The notes: a model not told the origin generated them from the letters alone. Shown: positions 9,607 to 18,747, counted from the stretch's first letter. The stretch: 64,000 bases of DNA from Calditrichales bacterium (GCA_965267575.1 OZ254086.1:4544001-4608000); one strand, 5' to 3'. Made by a program: numbers and translations.

Positions 9607-11403
9607 ATGCCTTACAAGAATTTACCGGATATGTTCTATCAAACATGCGACACGTATGGCGAAAAGACGGTCATCAGATATAAAAGCAATGGCCAATACC
9701 AGTCCATGGATTACGTTAAGGCACGCCAGGATGTGTCGGAACTCGCCGCAGGATTGCTGGATCTGGGCGTCAACAGCGGCGACAAAATTGCTATCCTTTC
9801 GGAAACGCGCTACGAATGGGCCTTTTGCGATTACGCTATCCTGAGTTGCGGCGCCGTTACCGTGCCGGTTTACCCCACCTTATTGCCTGAACATGTCCGT
9901 TATATTCTCAACGATTGCGAGGCACGGGTTGTCATTGTCTCCAACGAAGAAGGGCTGGAAAAAGTACGCGAAGTAAGCGATAAGCTGCCTAACCTGAAAA
10001 AGATCATTATGATTGAAACGCATGAGGCAAAGGGTGAAAAACTCACCCGCTATGAAGACCTGCTGCAACAAGGCCGCAAACTGCTGGATGAAAAGCCGAA
10101 TTTGATAAAAGAACGCGTGGCCGGCATTGAGCGCAAAGAGCTGGCGACAATCATTTACACATCCGGGACAACAGGTGATCCCAAAGGGGTAATGCTCGGT
10201 CATGAACAGCTGCTTTCCAACATTGAAGCCACCACCCGCGCTGTCGCCCTGAACGAATCGGACACCTTTCTTTCCTTCCTGCCTCTCTCCCATGTGTTTG
10301 AACGCATGGCCGGGCACTACCTGCCCATGCACGTGGGCGCCACAATAGCTTACGCCGAATCCATCGATACGGTGCCCGAGAACCTGCAGGAAATAAGGCC
10401 GACGATTATGACAAGCGTCCCGCGCCTGTTTGAAAAAATCTACGCCAAGGTGCTGGGCTCCGTTGAAGAAGGCTCGGCCGTTAAGAGAAAACTGTTTTAT
10501 TGGGCGCTGGGTGTGGGCCGTGAGGTTTCTACATATTTTCAGCAGCACAAGCCGCTGCCCGGTGGTTTAAAGCTGAAACATGCCCTGGCCGACAAGCTTG
10601 TTTTTTCCAAGCTGCGAGGTCGTGTTGGTGGCAATATCCGATTTTTTGTTTCCGGTGGCGCACCGCTTTCAAAGGAAGTAGCCGAATTCTTCCTCGCCGC
10701 GGGATTGCTGATCCTGGAGGGCTATGGCATCACTGAGACTTCACCTGTTATCGCCGTTAACCGAATCGAAAAATATAAACCGGGCTCGGTGGGCGTGCCG
10801 CTTGACAATGCCGAAGTAAAGATCGCCGAAGACGGTGAAATTTTAACGCGCGGGCCGGCGGTGATGCAAGGCTATTTTAAAAACGAAGAAGAGACAAAAG
10901 ATGCCATCGACAATGACGGCTGGTACCACACCGGCGACATCGGCCATATCGATTCCGATGGCATGCTTGTAATTACGGACCGCAAAAAGAATATCATCGT
11001 GACGGCCGGCGGTAAAAACATCGCCCCGCAAAAGATCGAAAACATGCTGACCACATCGCGCTTAATTGAGCAGGCCGTCGTTGTCGGCGACCGCCGCAAA
11101 TTTTGCTCCGCGCTGATCGTACCGTCATTTGATGATGTGGAAAAGTTCGCGCAGGAAAAAGGAATCTCCTTCAGCTCGCGCAAAGAGCTTTGCCAAAATG
11201 AAAAAGTCCGCCAACTGATACAAAGCGAGATCGACAACGTCAACAAGGAGCTGGCTTCCTACGAGGCAGTCAAAAAATTTGTCCTGCTGGAAGAGCCTTT
11301 CAGCATCGAAAGCGGCGAGCTGACGCCATCAATGAAAGTGAAGCGCAAAGAAGTGGAGATCAACTACAGCGAGCTGATCGACAGCATGTACGAGCAGGCC
11401 TGA
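9607..11403 (+). CDS. Long-chain fatty acid--CoA ligase (AMP-dependent synthetase)
   Basis: 'IIYTSGTTGDPKGVML', 'EGYGITETSP', 'GWYHTGDIG', 'TDRKKNIIVTAGGKNIAPQKIE', 'GELTPSMKVKR'. Confidence 0.93.
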   Translation: MPYKNLPDMFYQTCDTYGEKTVIRYKSNGQYQSMDYVKARQDVSELAAGLLDLGVNSGDKIAILSETRYEWAFCDYAILSCGAVTVPVYPTLLPEHVRYILNDCEARVVIVSNEEGLEKVREVSDKLPNLKKIIMIETHEAKGEKLTRYEDLLQQGRKLLDEKPNLIKERVAGIERKELATIIYTSGTTGDPKGVMLGHEQLLSNIEATTRAVALNESDTFLSFLPLSHVFERMAGHYLPMHVGATIAYAESIDTVPENLQEIRPTIMTSVPRLFEKIYAKVLGSVEEGSAVKRKLFYWALGVGREVSTYFQQHKPLPGGLKLKHALADKLVFSKLRGRVGGNIRFFVSGGAPLSKEVAEFFLAAGLLILEGYGITETSPVIAVNRIEKYKPGSVGVPLDNAEVKIAEDGEILTRGPAVMQGYFKNEEETKDAIDNDGWYHTGDIGHIDSDGMLVITDRKKNIIVTAGGKNIAPQKIENMLTTSRLIEQAVVVGDRRKFCSALIVPSFDDVEKFAQEKGISFSSRKELCQNEKVRQLIQSEIDNVNKELASYEAVKKFVLLEEPFSIESGELTPSMKVKRKEVEINYSELIDSMYEQA

Positions 11404-11416
11404 CCCGGCCAGCGTC

Positions 11417-12967
11417 ATGCCCGAATCCTTTTACGCCTCCGCGCAGAGCCGGCTAACGATTCCAAACGATAGCGCCTTCCTCAACCTGGCGCTGGAGTTT
11501 GTGCTGGGCAACGCGCGCATTATGGGCTTTGCCGAGAAGGCCATCAACGATATCCAGGTGGCCGCCGAAGAGGCCGTCAGCAACGTGATAAAACACGCCT
11601 TTGGCCCGGGTGTTCGCGCTGAATTCGACATTATCTGCGAGCACATCCCGCTCGGCCTGAAAATCCGCATACGCGACAAAGGCCTGCCCTTCGATCCGGC
11701 CGCAGTGCCCAAGTACACGCCCGAAGACCCGGAACAATCGGCAGCCGCCGGCGGACTGGGCTTCTTCCTGATGCACCGTTTTATGGACGACATCAGTTTT
11801 GAAATTTTGGGTCGCGACGGCAAAGAGGTCCGCATGACAAAGTACCTGCACCGGGCCACGGCCGAAGGCAACGGGCAGCCCGCGGAACGCGACAACGCTA
11901 CCGGCCCGGAAGAAGAACTCCCAGCGCCACGTTCCATTCCTTTTAAAGTACGCCGCGCCACGGCCGATGAAGCCATCGAGATTTCGCGGTGCGCCTACGA
12001 TGCCTACGAATACTCCTACGGCCACGAGCATATCTACTATCCCGAACGCCTCAAACAGTTGATTGCCAGTGGCCAGATCATTTCCGCTGTGGCGGTCACC
12101 AAAGAAGAACCGCAGCGTATTATGGCCCATAACGCGCTTATTTTTGATGCACCGGGGGATAAGATCGCCGAGATGGGCATGGCCTTTACAAAACGCCAAT
12201 TTCAAAACCAGGGCTGTTCTACCAGACTGGGATTTTTTCTTTTAAAAGAAGCCCTGAAGCGTGGCGTGGCGGGACTGCTGCTGGATTGCACGACCACCCA
12301 CATCTATTCGCAAAAAGCGGCCATAAACGGCGGTTGCCGCGAATGCTGTATTCTGCTTGGTATCGATCCGCAGGCCCAAAGCTGGAAACACTTTTCATCG
12401 CAAAGCCAGCGCGTAAGCAATGTTATTGCCTATAAAAGCGTACCGCTGGCAGCGGGCGTACAAAAGCTGAGAGGCCGAAAAACGCTCTACCCCCCGCCCC
12501 GTCATGCCGGCATAATCCGCGCGATTTATACTAACCTAAAGCAAAAGGCCCGCTTTGCCAGCGCACCCAAAACGGAGACGACACAGCCCGCCGCGCTCTC
12601 CACTATTCACGTGCATACCGGTAAATCTTTCCAGCAAAACGCCACCATCGAGGTGCGTGCCTATGGCGCCGACGCGCTGGAACAGGTTGGCCGTACCCTG
12701 CGCCGCCTTTGTCTCGACAAGCTTGAAGTGGTGTATCTGCTGCTCGACCTGGAAGACCCGCTGACGGCGAAGTATTGCGCCGACTTTGAAGAGCTGGGTT
12801 TTTTCTTTGCCGGCATCATCCCCGGCGCGGACAAACATGACCGGCTGGAACTCCAATACCTCAATAACGTAGCCATTAATTACTCAGAGATTGCACTCTA
12901 TTCCGATTTTGCCAAAGAATTGCTGGCCTACATCAAAGAGCGCGATCCCATCCAAAAGACACTTTAA
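11417..12967 (+). CDS. RsbW-like anti-sigma/kinase (HATPase_c_2) fused to GNAT-like domain(s)
   Basis: N-terminal 'VAAEEAVSNVIKHAF...IRDKGLPFDP...GGLGFFLMHRFMD'. Downstream 'VRRATADEA' and 'AEMGMAFTKRQFQNQG' (acyl-CoA-binding-like motif). Confidence 0.78.
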   Translation: MPESFYASAQSRLTIPNDSAFLNLALEFVLGNARIMGFAEKAINDIQVAAEEAVSNVIKHAFGPGVRAEFDIICEHIPLGLKIRIRDKGLPFDPAAVPKYTPEDPEQSAAAGGLGFFLMHRFMDDISFEILGRDGKEVRMTKYLHRATAEGNGQPAERDNATGPEEELPAPRSIPFKVRRATADEAIEISRCAYDAYEYSYGHEHIYYPERLKQLIASGQIISAVAVTKEEPQRIMAHNALIFDAPGDKIAEMGMAFTKRQFQNQGCSTRLGFFLLKEALKRGVAGLLLDCTTTHIYSQKAAINGGCRECCILLGIDPQAQSWKHFSSQSQRVSNVIAYKSVPLAAGVQKLRGRKTLYPPPRHAGIIRAIYTNLKQKARFASAPKTETTQPAALSTIHVHTGKSFQQNATIEVRAYGADALEQVGRTLRRLCLDKLEVVYLLLDLEDPLTAKYCADFEELGFFFAGIIPGADKHDRLELQYLNNVAINYSEIALYSDFAKELLAYIKERDPIQKTL

Positions 12968-13000
12968 AGTAGTCAAAACACCTGACCGTTTGGAGATGTT

Positions 13001-13726
13001 ATGACGCACAACTCAGGGAAACATAAGGGACAAACCGTGGGCCTTGCTCAACCACGCGCTGCCCGGGACATCATTATTGTTGGCGCGCCCGTCATACTGC
13101 TTGGAATTATGGGAACCGTTGTTGGGGGCAGCAGGCTTCTGGGCGGCGCCATCATCAACCTGGGTTACCTGGCAATGATTTTTGCCGGGGCCCGGCTGCT
13201 CAAAAAGCAAGGCAGCAGTTGGAAAGAAATTGGACTGAAAGCACCGGCACAGCGCTTTAAAACAGTGCTGTTGGGCGTGGCCGCTTTTGTAGGCGCGCTT
13301 ATATTATTTGTTGCCGCGCAGGGTGCCGCCGCGGCTGCCCTCGATGCCCTGGGCATGGCAGGCCAGCAGCTGGACCAAAGCCGCTTTAACCCGCTCCAAG
13401 ATAACCTACCCTTGTTTATTTTACTGCTGGTTTTGGCCTGGACAACCATTGCCTTTGGTGAAGAGCTTTTTTACCGCGCCTTCCTGATCACACGGCTGGT
13501 AGACCACGGCGGAATGCGGCGGGCTGTTGCCATCGCCATCTCCGGGATTGTGTTTGGCCTGGTCCATTTTGCCGAAGGCCAGGTGGGGATTTTCGCGAAT
13601 GCTGCGTTTGGCTTTTTGTTTGGCTGGATTTTTGTGAAGAGCGGGCGCAACCTGTGGATCACGATTATCGCCCACGGCATATTAAACACGCTGCGCTTTA
13701 GCTTGCTTTACGCGGGTGCTGTTTAA
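13001..13726 (+). CDS. CPBP (CAAX protease-like) intramembrane metalloprotease
   Basis: 'FGEELFYRAF', 'FGLVH', 'IIAHGILN'. Confidence 0.9.
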   Translation: MTHNSGKHKGQTVGLAQPRAARDIIIVGAPVILLGIMGTVVGGSRLLGGAIINLGYLAMIFAGARLLKKQGSSWKEIGLKAPAQRFKTVLLGVAAFVGALILFVAAQGAAAAALDALGMAGQQLDQSRFNPLQDNLPLFILLLVLAWTTIAFGEELFYRAFLITRLVDHGGMRRAVAIAISGIVFGLVHFAEGQVGIFANAAFGFLFGWIFVKSGRNLWITIIAHGILNTLRFSLLYAGAV

Positions 13727-13760
13727 GGCGCTTACGGCTTAAAATAGCAAATTAAAATTT

Positions 13761-14963
13761 TTAGAATTTATTTTTATTCACCCAATCCATCACACCCGCC
13801 GCGGGCCGGCCACGCTTTAATTCACCAGCCATAAAACGCATGTAAGGATCAATATGCCGGAAGAATTTTTTATAGCCGGTGCAAAGATAATTCAAGCCCT
13901 CTTCGCCATCGGGGGTTTGGATAAAGCGGTGCTTGGGACACTCACCATGGCAGGCAAACCGCACGTCACATTCGCGACAGTAGCGCGGCAGCGCATCCCG
14001 TTTATCGCGGCCAAAGGCGCGTTGTTTTTCTGAGGCCGCCAGTTTGGCCAACCCTTCTTCCATGATGTTTCCTAGGCGGTTTTGCGGGTAGACATAATGA
14101 TCGCAGGAATAGAGATCGCCGTTGTGCTCCAGCGCCATGGCGTCACCGCAGGTGGGACGAAAAACACACAGGCTGGACGGCATGCCCATCCACGCCTCCA
14201 GCGCCACATCAAAAAGCTGCACAAAAACGCTGCCCACATCCTTTCGCACCCACTCATCAAATATAGCGATGAGGAAATCACCGTAATGTTCCGCACCGAC
14301 GGACCACGGGCTGACGCGCGCCTCACCGGCATAATCGGGCTTTACCATGTTTTGTCCATGCGGCGATTGCTTTGCCGCCAGGCGCTCCACGATGGGTATA
14401 AATTGCATATGGCTGCTGCCGGCCTGTTTCAGGAAACGGTAAATCTCCAAAGGTGAAGAAGCATTATCCCTCTGCACGACGGTCAGCGTGTTAAACTCCA
14501 CCCGGTGCTTCTGCAGCAGATTCAAACCGGCCATCACTTCGGCAAACGAGCCCTTGCCACCCTTGTTGACACGATGTGCATTATGCAGCTCCTTCGGCCC
14601 GTCGATCGACAACCCGATCAGGAAATTATTCTCACGGAAAAAGCGACACCAGGCGTCGTCCAGCAAAACGCCGTTGGTCTGCAGACTGTTTTCGATAATC
14701 TTGCCATTGCCGTATTTCTGCTGCAGATTCACCACCTTCTCAAAGAAGTCCACGCCCAAAAGCGTCGGCTCCCCGCCCTGCCAGGCAAAGACCGCATAAT
14801 CCCCCGGCTGCGATTCGATATACTGGCGGACATAGTTTTCCAGCACCTCATCACTCATACGAAAATCGACTGTGCCCGGATAGAGCTTCTCTTTTTCCAG
14901 GTAATAGCAATAGCTGCAATCCAAATTGCAGATTGCGCCGGTGGGTTTGGACATTATGTTCAT
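13761..14963 (-). CDS. Anaerobic sulfatase maturase (radical SAM/SPASM)
   Basis: 'KPTGAICNLDCSYCYY', 'FAWQGGEPTL', 'GDLYSCDHYV', 'CRECDVRFACHGECPKHRF', 'LNYLC'. Confidence 0.93.
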   Translation of the reverse strand: MNIMSKPTGAICNLDCSYCYYLEKEKLYPGTVDFRMSDEVLENYVRQYIESQPGDYAVFAWQGGEPTLLGVDFFEKVVNLQQKYGNGKIIENSLQTNGVLLDDAWCRFFRENNFLIGLSIDGPKELHNAHRVNKGGKGSFAEVMAGLNLLQKHRVEFNTLTVVQRDNASSPLEIYRFLKQAGSSHMQFIPIVERLAAKQSPHGQNMVKPDYAGEARVSPWSVGAEHYGDFLIAIFDEWVRKDVGSVFVQLFDVALEAWMGMPSSLCVFRPTCGDAMALEHNGDLYSCDHYVYPQNRLGNIMEEGLAKLAASEKQRAFGRDKRDALPRYCRECDVRFACHGECPKHRFIQTPDGEEGLNYLCTGYKKFFRHIDPYMRFMAGELKRGRPAAGVMDWVNKNKF

Positions 14964-15008
14964 AACGTAAGCGTTTTAGTAGCCAGACGTTTGTTTTTAC
15001 CCTTGAAG

Positions 15009-15057
15009 GTCATCCTTGCGAAAGCTTCCTGGATTCACGATCATAGTCAGGAATGAT
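15009..15057. repeat. Degenerate GTCAT...ATGAC-type palindromic (REP-like) element
   Basis: gtcatccttgcgaaagc...tggattcacgatcatagtcaggaatgat, with a TTCCTG/CAGGAA stem. Confidence 0.45.
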
Positions 15058-15201
15058 ATTGTTGGTTGGTGATGAGCCAAATGTTGCGCAAAATGAATGT
15101 CGCATTTTACAATAAATCAGTAATCGAATCATTCTCATTCGTCAAAAATAATCCGAAAACCTACAAATTAAAATTGATTTTTTGGATGGCTTTACTATAT
15201 T

Positions 15202-15220
15202 AATAATGAAAATCATTATC
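15202..15220. promoter_or_regulatory. Fur box 1 (autoregulatory)
   Basis: AATAATGAAAATCATTATC matches GATAATGATAATCATTATC at 17/19 positions; 9 nt before the fur ATG. Confidence 0.85.
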
Positions 15221-15229
15221 AATAAGATT

Positions 15230-15697
15230 ATGACACAAAAGAAACCTGCACACGGACAATATGACGAGCTGAAAGAGCGCGGGCTGCGCATCACAAAACC
15301 GCGCAAGGCGATCCTCGATATTTTGCACGAGACCCTGGAGCATCCCTCCGCTGAGGAGATCTACATGCAGGTGCACCGTTCTTACCCTAATATCGGACTG
15401 ACCACCGTTTACCGCACGCTGGATCTGCTGGCAGATATGGGCATTATTGCTACCCTGCACGTCGGGGATGGACGCAATCGTTACGAGCTTGTGCAAAGTT
15501 CCCAAAAGCCCGGGCATCATCATCACCTGGTTTGCACAGGCTGCAAAAAGATCATCGATTATGATGACTTTGTGGATGAGGAGGTACAACTGCTTAACAA
15601 AGTTGAAAGGTCGCTTACCGATAAGCACAACTTTGATATCACCGGCCATACGATCCAGTTTTACGGCATTTGCGACGATTGCCGCAGCACGGGGTAA
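15230..15697 (+). CDS. fur: Fur family transcriptional regulator
   Basis: 'GLRITKPRKAIL...HPSAEEIY...IGLTTVYRTL...HHHHLVCTGC...FYGICDDC'. Start taken at ATG 15230. Confidence 0.9.
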   Translation: MTQKKPAHGQYDELKERGLRITKPRKAILDILHETLEHPSAEEIYMQVHRSYPNIGLTTVYRTLDLLADMGIIATLHVGDGRNRYELVQSSQKPGHHHHLVCTGCKKIIDYDDFVDEEVQLLNKVERSLTDKHNFDITGHTIQFYGICDDCRSTG

Positions 15698-15717
15698 ACT
15701 TTTTTTGCTTTCTTATT

Positions 15718-15736
15718 GATAATGATTGTCATTTAC
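15718..15736. promoter_or_regulatory. Fur box 2
   Basis: GATAATGATTGTCATTTAC (15/19), lying between fur and the next gene next to its SD. Confidence 0.75.
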
Positions 15737-15749
15737 AAAAAGGTGTGTT

Positions 15750-15941
15750 ATGGAAACTAAACGACATGATATGGGAACCGGCGGAAGCTGTGTCTGCTCC
15801 CATTGCGGATATAAAGAGGCGCACTACCGTGGTGTGCCCTGCCAGCAGAAGCGTTGTCCACGCTGTGGCGCCAAAATGCTTCGTTCCGGCTCTTATCATT
15901 ACAGTTTGTGGCTGAAAAAACAGAACTCCCGGATACAATAG
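15750..15941 (+). CDS. Small Cys-rich metal-binding protein (63 aa)
   Basis: 'GTGGSCVCSHCG...HYRGVPC...CPRCGAKMLR'. SD 'aaaggtg' before ATG 15750. This motif is often associated with NifB/NifX genes. Confidence 0.75.
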   Translation: METKRHDMGTGGSCVCSHCGYKEAHYRGVPCQQKRCPRCGAKMLRSGSYHYSLWLKKQNSRIQ

Positions 15942-15968
15942 AACACGATTCGTCACAAGGAGGGAATC

Positions 15969-16349
15969 ATGAAAATTGCGGTTGCGACGCTGGACGGTAC
16001 AAACATATCCGGACACTTCGGCAAAAGTCCGTATTTTACAATCTTTATTATCGACGGTGGCAGGATCGCTTCTTCGTTTAATCGCAAAAACGACTTTTCG
16101 CGCAATTTTAGCAAACAGGATTATGCCCACCTGAACGAGGAAGACGGTCGCCGCCACGCGCATTTGCAGGCCGCGGAAAACCTGGCTGATTGCAGCGTGC
16201 TGATTACCGGAAACATGGGACAGCGGGCGTGGGATGACCTTACCAGCGCCGGTATCGACATCTTTATAACAGAAGAATCCATCGCCGGTAAAGCGGTTGA
16301 AAAATACCTTGCAGGCACGTTGATCAATCACTCGGAGAAGCTACACTAG
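15969..16349 (+). CDS. NifB/NifX family (FeMo-cofactor-binding-like) protein
   Basis: 'MKIAVAT...ISGHFGKSPYF...DCSVLITGNMGQRA...AVEKYLAGTL'. Confidence 0.88.
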   Translation: MKIAVATLDGTNISGHFGKSPYFTIFIIDGGRIASSFNRKNDFSRNFSKQDYAHLNEEDGRRHAHLQAAENLADCSVLITGNMGQRAWDDLTSAGIDIFITEESIAGKAVEKYLAGTLINHSEKLH

Positions 16350-16357
16350 GATGTGAT

Positions 16358-16708
16358 ATGGCCGTCATCGGCGACGTCTTTGGCCAGGCGTTAATGATCA
16401 GCAGCTTTGTTTTCACAATGATGCTGGTAATCGAATATGTAAATGTTCTTTCAAATGGTTTTTTACAAAACCGCTTATCTGTTTTGGCAGGACTCATCCC
16501 GCAATCGGGCCCGCACCTTGTGTTTGTAACATTGTTTGCCAGCGGAGCTTTGCCCTTTTCCATCCTGCTGGCCAGCTCCATCACACAGGACGGTCACGGC
16601 ATGCTGCCTTTACTAGCACATTCACGAAAAGATTTTAGCAAGGTAAAAACCATAAACATGATTACCGGATTTCTGGCGGGAGCGATTCTCCTGCCGGCCG
16701 GTGTCTAA
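16358..16708 (+). pseudogene. Putative metal (Mn-type) permease with a large in-frame internal deletion
   Basis: N-terminal 'FVFTMMLVIEYVNV' is joined directly to C-terminal 'GLIPQSGPHLVFVTLF...ILLASSITQDGHGMLPLLA...KVKTIN'. From recollection, these motifs lie far apart in much longer family members. Confidence 0.55.
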
Positions 16709-16725
16709 TATCAAAAGGAGTATCC

Positions 16726-17145
16726 ATGCAGAGAGAAGGTTTAATTAAAGGGCTGAACGAAGACCTGGCCGCGGAATGGGGCACCATCATCCGCTACACC
16801 TATCAGGCCGGAAAATCATTTGGTTTGATGGGCGCGGAGATGCGTGAGATTTTTCAACGTGAAATCCAGGATGAAATCGGCCACGCCTCGTTTTTAACAG
16901 ACGTAATCATCGATATGGGCGGCGAGCCGGTCACGGAGCCGAAGAGTTTTCATAAAGCGGGTACTCTGAAAGAGATGCTGCAGCAAGACCTGGAGATGGA
17001 ACTGGCCGACGTTAAAAACTACCAGCTTCACGCGCAGTGGGCCGAAGAGCTCGGCGAAGTGGAACTGAAAGTAAAACTGGAAGAGATGGCCGCCGACGAG
17101 GCCGGACATGCCCGCGAAATCCGTCGGCTGATAAAAGGGCTGTAG
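16726..17145 (+). CDS. Ferritin-like di-iron four-helix bundle protein
   Basis: Ligand pattern E...'QDEIGH'...E...'DEAGH'. SD 'aaggag'. Confidence 0.85.
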   Translation: MQREGLIKGLNEDLAAEWGTIIRYTYQAGKSFGLMGAEMREIFQREIQDEIGHASFLTDVIIDMGGEPVTEPKSFHKAGTLKEMLQQDLEMELADVKNYQLHAQWAEELGEVELKVKLEEMAADEAGHAREIRRLIKGL

Positions 17146-17155
17146 CACGGAGAGC

Positions 17156-18106
17156 GTGATGATCGCTTTTGGCCCTGTACCCTCGAGACGCCTGGGACGC
17201 AGCCTGGGGATAAATAACATTCCACCCAAAACATGTTCTTATTCTTGCGTCTATTGCCAGCTGGGTACTACAACCCCCCTGTCCGTGACCCCCAAGCGCT
17301 TTTACGGGGTCGCGGATATTTATTACGCGGCCAGCGAAAAACTGGAATATGCCAGGCTTGCCCGGGACGAAATCGATTTTATCACCTTTGCGCCCACTGG
17401 AGAGCCTACCCTGGACGCCAACCTTCATAAGGAGCTTCAGCAATTACACGCTTTGGGTAAACCACTGGCGGTAATAACCAACGCTTCGCTCCTCGGCACC
17501 GAAAACGTTCGTAAAAGCCTTTACCTGGCAGACTGGGTATCGCTGAAGGTAGACGCGGCGACGGCGGAAACGTGGAAAAAGATCAACCGCCCCCACGGAC
17601 GCCTGCGGCTACAAGCACTTCACGAAGGCATGATTACGTTCGCACGCAACTTTAAAGGTATTCTAACCACCGAAACCATGCTGGTAAAAGATGTAAACGA
17701 CGGCCGGGATGAGTTGGAGCAGATCGCATCTTTTATCAACGGGATCGATCCGCATACGGCCTATATCTCCATCCCTTACCGTCCCCCGGCGGAAAAATCC
17801 GTAGCCGTTCCGGAGTCGGCAAAATTGATACGCGCATATATCATTTTCAGCGGGCAACTGCGCCATGTGGAACTGCTGATTGAATCCGAGGGCGTTGAAT
17901 TTTCGCGGGGTGACGATGCAGAGCGCGAGATCCTGAGCATAACCGCAGTGCATCCTATGTCGGAAAAAGCGGTCTACACGCTGTTAAAACGCTCCGGCAG
18001 AAGCTGGGGACTTATCGAGGACTTACTACAAAACGGCAAGCTCAAAATGAGCAGACACAACGGCATTACCTATTACCTGAAAAACCTGAACAGGGAAATC
18101 GTTTAA
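17156..18106 (+). CDS. Radical SAM protein, COG0731/TYW1-like
   Basis: 'FGPVPSRRLGRSLGINNIPPKTCSYSCVYCQLG', 'GEPTL', 'ITAVHPM'. Confidence 0.88.
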   Translation: MMIAFGPVPSRRLGRSLGINNIPPKTCSYSCVYCQLGTTTPLSVTPKRFYGVADIYYAASEKLEYARLARDEIDFITFAPTGEPTLDANLHKELQQLHALGKPLAVITNASLLGTENVRKSLYLADWVSLKVDAATAETWKKINRPHGRLRLQALHEGMITFARNFKGILTTETMLVKDVNDGRDELEQIASFINGIDPHTAYISIPYRPPAEKSVAVPESAKLIRAYIIFSGQLRHVELLIESEGVEFSRGDDAEREILSITAVHPMSEKAVYTLLKRSGRSWGLIEDLLQNGKLKMSRHNGITYYLKNLNREIV

Positions 18107-18119
18107 CCAGGGAGCTACC

Positions 18120-18566
18120 ATGGACTATACTACGAAGATCGGCATTATTGTCTGCGAGCGCTACCGGCGCTGCGCGGCTGGCAAGTGCTTAAAGGCATTA
18201 TACAACAAAGAAGGCGCGTTCGGTATTTACAGCGACAGCAAACTGCAGCTGGTGGGACTTTCCACCTGCGACGGTTGTCCCGGCGGCAACATCGAATATG
18301 TGGGCGAGGAAATGGTGAAAAACGGCGCCACGGCCATCCACCTGGCCACGGGCATGCTGATTGGCTATCCGCCCTGCCCTTACCTGGATACCTTTAAGGC
18401 CGTTCTGGAAAAAAGCACACACCTGCGCGTTGTGTTTGGCACGCATCCCATGCCGCAAAGATACATCGATATGCACGAGTACCTGGGCACGTTCAATGAT
18501 GAAAATTGGCTGGAAAAGGTTAGCCCGCTGATGCAAAATGAAGGGGCGCGCGCGGAATACGCCTGA
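18120..18566 (+). CDS. CGGC domain protein
   Basis: 'KIGIIVCERYRRCAAGKC...GAF...TCDGCPG...IHLATG...PPCP...GTH'. Confidence 0.85.
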   Translation: MDYTTKIGIIVCERYRRCAAGKCLKALYNKEGAFGIYSDSKLQLVGLSTCDGCPGGNIEYVGEEMVKNGATAIHLATGMLIGYPPCPYLDTFKAVLEKSTHLRVVFGTHPMPQRYIDMHEYLGTFNDENWLEKVSPLMQNEGARAEYA

Positions 18567-18659
18567 CAGGCCGGCACACCCACTCCCCGCTTTTGTTGTT
18601 TTCCTCCCACAGGTTTTTTTGTTTACTATCCGACTCTTTAAAAATTTTAAAAAAATCTA

Positions 18660-18688
18660 TTGCAAAACCGTTTGCGCAAGTGTATAAT
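18660..18688 (+). promoter_or_regulatory. Near-consensus sigma70 promoter
   Basis: TTGCAA-17 bp-TATAAT upstream of the lipoprotein gene. Confidence 0.7.
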
Positions 18689-18747
18689 CACGCCACTAAA
18701 ACCAACTGTAACGGAACACGTTTAATTTTACCAGGGAGGAAAATAGT

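Noticed and set aside
15123..15140. Third Fur box
   Set aside because: Only one half-site (ATTCTCA) matches; too weak in AT-rich DNA.
15969..16349. Nitrogen fixation cluster
   Set aside because: Only a stand-alone NifB/NifX-type domain is present, with no nifHDK or nifEN, and the radical SAM protein is not NifB-like.
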